64,000 nucleotides of DNA. Source: Histomonas meleagridis 2922-C6/04-290x. Taxonomy: Eukaryota; Protista; Parabasalia. The stretch spans positions 62,001-126,000 of the forward strand of contig JAANOX010000070.1 of assembly GCA_020184695.1 (NCBI GenBank), given 5' to 3'. The notes beneath the pieces were generated by a model, which did not search any database, had not been told where the DNA came from, and saw nothing but the letters and a program-made list of their open reading frames with translations. This document shows positions 61,771 to 64,000 of this stretch, one piece after another (the stretch's first letter is position 1; each line of letters opens with the position of its first letter). Both the position numbers and the translations under genes were made by a program.

Positions 61771-64000
61771 ATGGACAAAAAAAACCCTTCATCAGCACTA
61801 CAAATAAAATTGGCTCAATTAAATAAAGTAGCAGAATATTTATCATCACAACTTGCAGATAATGTTTTCCAAATTCAAACTCTTAGAAATAGATTTGAAG
61901 AATTTGAAAATAAAATCTTTAATAAAACACAGGAAAAAATTAATAGCATGATTAATCAATATTTAAATGAACAAAATAATGATATAAAAATTAATACTAA
62001 TGTATCAAATAATTCACAGATATTAGAAGTCAAAAAAAATTGTGAAACAAAACTAAGGACATTAGAACGAGAAGTTTATACTCAATTGGAAATGATGAAA
62101 GGAGAAATTACAAAAATTTCTAATGAGATATCAAATCAATTAATTGATATTAATAAAAGTTTTCAAGGATTAATGAAAACAAATAATTCACAAACACGTT
62201 CTCTTAATAAAAAATTTGAAAAGATCATAAAAACGCATGATGAAGAATCATTAAGAAAACAACAATTATTCCAAGAAGAAGAAATGCGCAAATATTCAAA
62301 AATAGAAGAACAATTTAAGTCCGAAATTGAAGAATTAAAACTAAATCTTCGACCATCCACAGCATTAAAGCAACAAGTTCGGCAAGATTTAAACATATTA
62401 ATCCAAAAAATTTCGATACTTCGTACGGAAGTTAATCAAATGCGACGAAACATAAAACAAATTTCATTTCCAACATATATCATTAATGGTAAAAGATTTG
62501 CACACACACTTTTTACTGAGAATCAAAATTATAAATCTGAATACAATTCGATTTTACTTGAATTAAATAATGAAGAAAAAGAAACGCAGAAAACAATTGA
62601 AGCCTTAAAAATTAAATATGAAACCAAACAAAAAGAATATGAAAAAGAAATAAATTATTTATATGATGAATTAAAGAAATATGATATTGTTTTACAGCAT
62701 AAATCAGAAATCGAAAAAGAAGAAAACAAAATGAATCAAAAAATAAATAATATGAAAAACTTAATTGAAAAAATCAAAAAGATTAAAGAAAAAAATCAAA
62801 AAGAAGAAAATGAACTTATCGAAAAATATCAACAAAAAGAAAAAGAAGAAATTGAAAAAAACGAACGAATTAAATCACAATTTATCGAAGAAACAAAAAA
62901 ATACAAAACTTTAAATGATATAATAAATGATAAAAAAGAACTTTTACAAATAAAATCGAATTTAAAGAATCAAGAAAAGGAAGAAAACATTGCTGATATA
63001 TATAAACTTGAAATTGATAAACTTAACGACAATAATAATAAACAATTTAATGAGATTAAAGAAGAATTAAATAAAAAAGTTATAGAACATCAACAAAAAT
63101 ATGAAAACGAATATAACGCACAAAAGTTATTATATAAAGAAAATATTAATAAAACATTAAATGAGATAAAATTTAATTCATTTTTAATAATAAATGAAAT
63201 AGAAAAACATTATAAAACACAAATAGAATTATCAAATCAACAATTAGAAATATTAAATCTAAAAGAAGTTGAATTACCAAATATAACTCAAACTTTAGAA
63301 GAAGAAAAGAATTCTTTTTCATTAGATATCGAAAATGAGAAAAATCAAATTGTTCCAAATTATAATGAAATTATTAATAATGAAGAAAATCGATTTACAC
63401 AAATAACAAATTATTATAACGATGATAGTATTAATACATTAATTTCTATAATATCGGAACTAAATACAAATCAATTAATAAACCATTATAACTTATTAAT
63501 TGAACAACTTCAACATGAACTAAATAATCTTGAAAATAATGATAATGATGAAAATGATTTTATACAAATTGCACGAAGAACTTCTTCGACTAAAATACAA
63601 AATGCCTTAAAAGAAAGTACGTCAAATATATCGAATTTAATACAAAATATTTTAAAGAATTTAAAAAATTTTAATAAACAAATTCAAAATAAAAATATGG
63701 AAATTTTTAACACAATAAACGAAATTTTTTCTAATAACGAAAAATTAATTTTCGATCAAAATTTAACAATCGAGAATTCACATGATGAAAAATATCAATT
63801 ATTACAAACATTTATAAATAAATTTTTTGATTTATATAATACAAAAAATGATGAGTTAAAGATAGAAATGGAAAATTTCGATATAAAATTAAATGAATTA
63901 ATCGAATTCCAAACTAATTCTTTGGATGAAAGAGAACAAAATTATCGAAATAATGATGGGCATTATGAAAAGATTAAAGATAACTTGAAAATTAAGGCTG
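61771..64000 (+). CDS. Long coiled-coil protein, open at the window edge (N-terminus weakly FAM184-like)
   Basis: Absent from the track (no stop inside the window); MDKKNPSSALQIKLAQLNKVAEYL..., E/K/N-rich frame running to 64000. Confidence 0.7.
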   Translation, partial: MDKKNPSSALQIKLAQLNKVAEYLSSQLADNVFQIQTLRNRFEEFENKIFNKTQEKINSMINQYLNEQNNDIKINTNVSNNSQILEVKKNCETKLRTLEREVYTQLEMMKGEITKISNEISNQLIDINKSFQGLMKTNNSQTRSLNKKFEKIIKTHDEESLRKQQLFQEEEMRKYSKIEEQFKSEIEELKLNLRPSTALKQQVRQDLNILIQKISILRTEVNQMRRNIKQISFPTYIINGKRFAHTLFTENQNYKSEYNSILLELNNEEKETQKTIEALKIKYETKQKEYEKEINYLYDELKKYDIVLQHKSEIEKEENKMNQKINNMKNLIEKIKKIKEKNQKEENELIEKYQQKEKEEIEKNERIKSQFIEETKKYKTLNDIINDKKELLQIKSNLKNQEKEENIADIYKLEIDKLNDNNNKQFNEIKEELNKKVIEHQQKYENEYNAQKLLYKENINKTLNEIKFNSFLIINEIEKHYKTQIELSNQQLEILNLKEVELPNITQTLEEEKNSFSLDIENEKNQIVPNYNEIINNEENRFTQITNYYNDDSINTLISIISELNTNQLINHYNLLIEQLQHELNNLENNDNDENDFIQIARRTSSTKIQNALKESTSNISNLIQNILKNLKNFNKQIQNKNMEIFNTINEIFSNNEKLIFDQNLTIENSHDEKYQLLQTFINKFFDLYNTKNDELKIEMENFDIKLNELIEFQTNSLDEREQNYRNNDGHYEKIKDNLKIKA

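Overview
AT-rich, intron-poor eukaryotic DNA, most consistent with a parabasalid (trichomonad-type) anaerobe. Evidence: an [FeFe]-hydrogenase with a hydrogenosomal presequence, DUF3447-type ankyrin genes, expanded TKL kinase, Rab and ARM families, and Inr/M3/M5-like promoter motifs. Single-copy genes include V-ATPase E, two TKL kinases, an MBOAT, an exportin-T-like protein, a VPS9 protein, tRNA-Trp(CCA), a Cdt1-like protein, a Rab5-like GTPase, the hydrogenase and Raptor. The centre is a nested inverted duplication: arm A 14231-17983 mirrored at 54858-49116, and arm B 22995-33352 mirrored at 45543-35365. Small indels cluster in these arms and are probably largely sequencing or polishing errors. 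The main unexplained signal is in four distinct ankyrin loci. Nearly every repeat is cut at the same codon position by an AT-rich intervening sequence with no conserved GT-AG or branch-point signal. About 19 distinct spacers are exactly 80 nt (170-bp period); a second class is 60-66 or about 30 nt. All lengths and coordinates were counted by hand; no searches were run.
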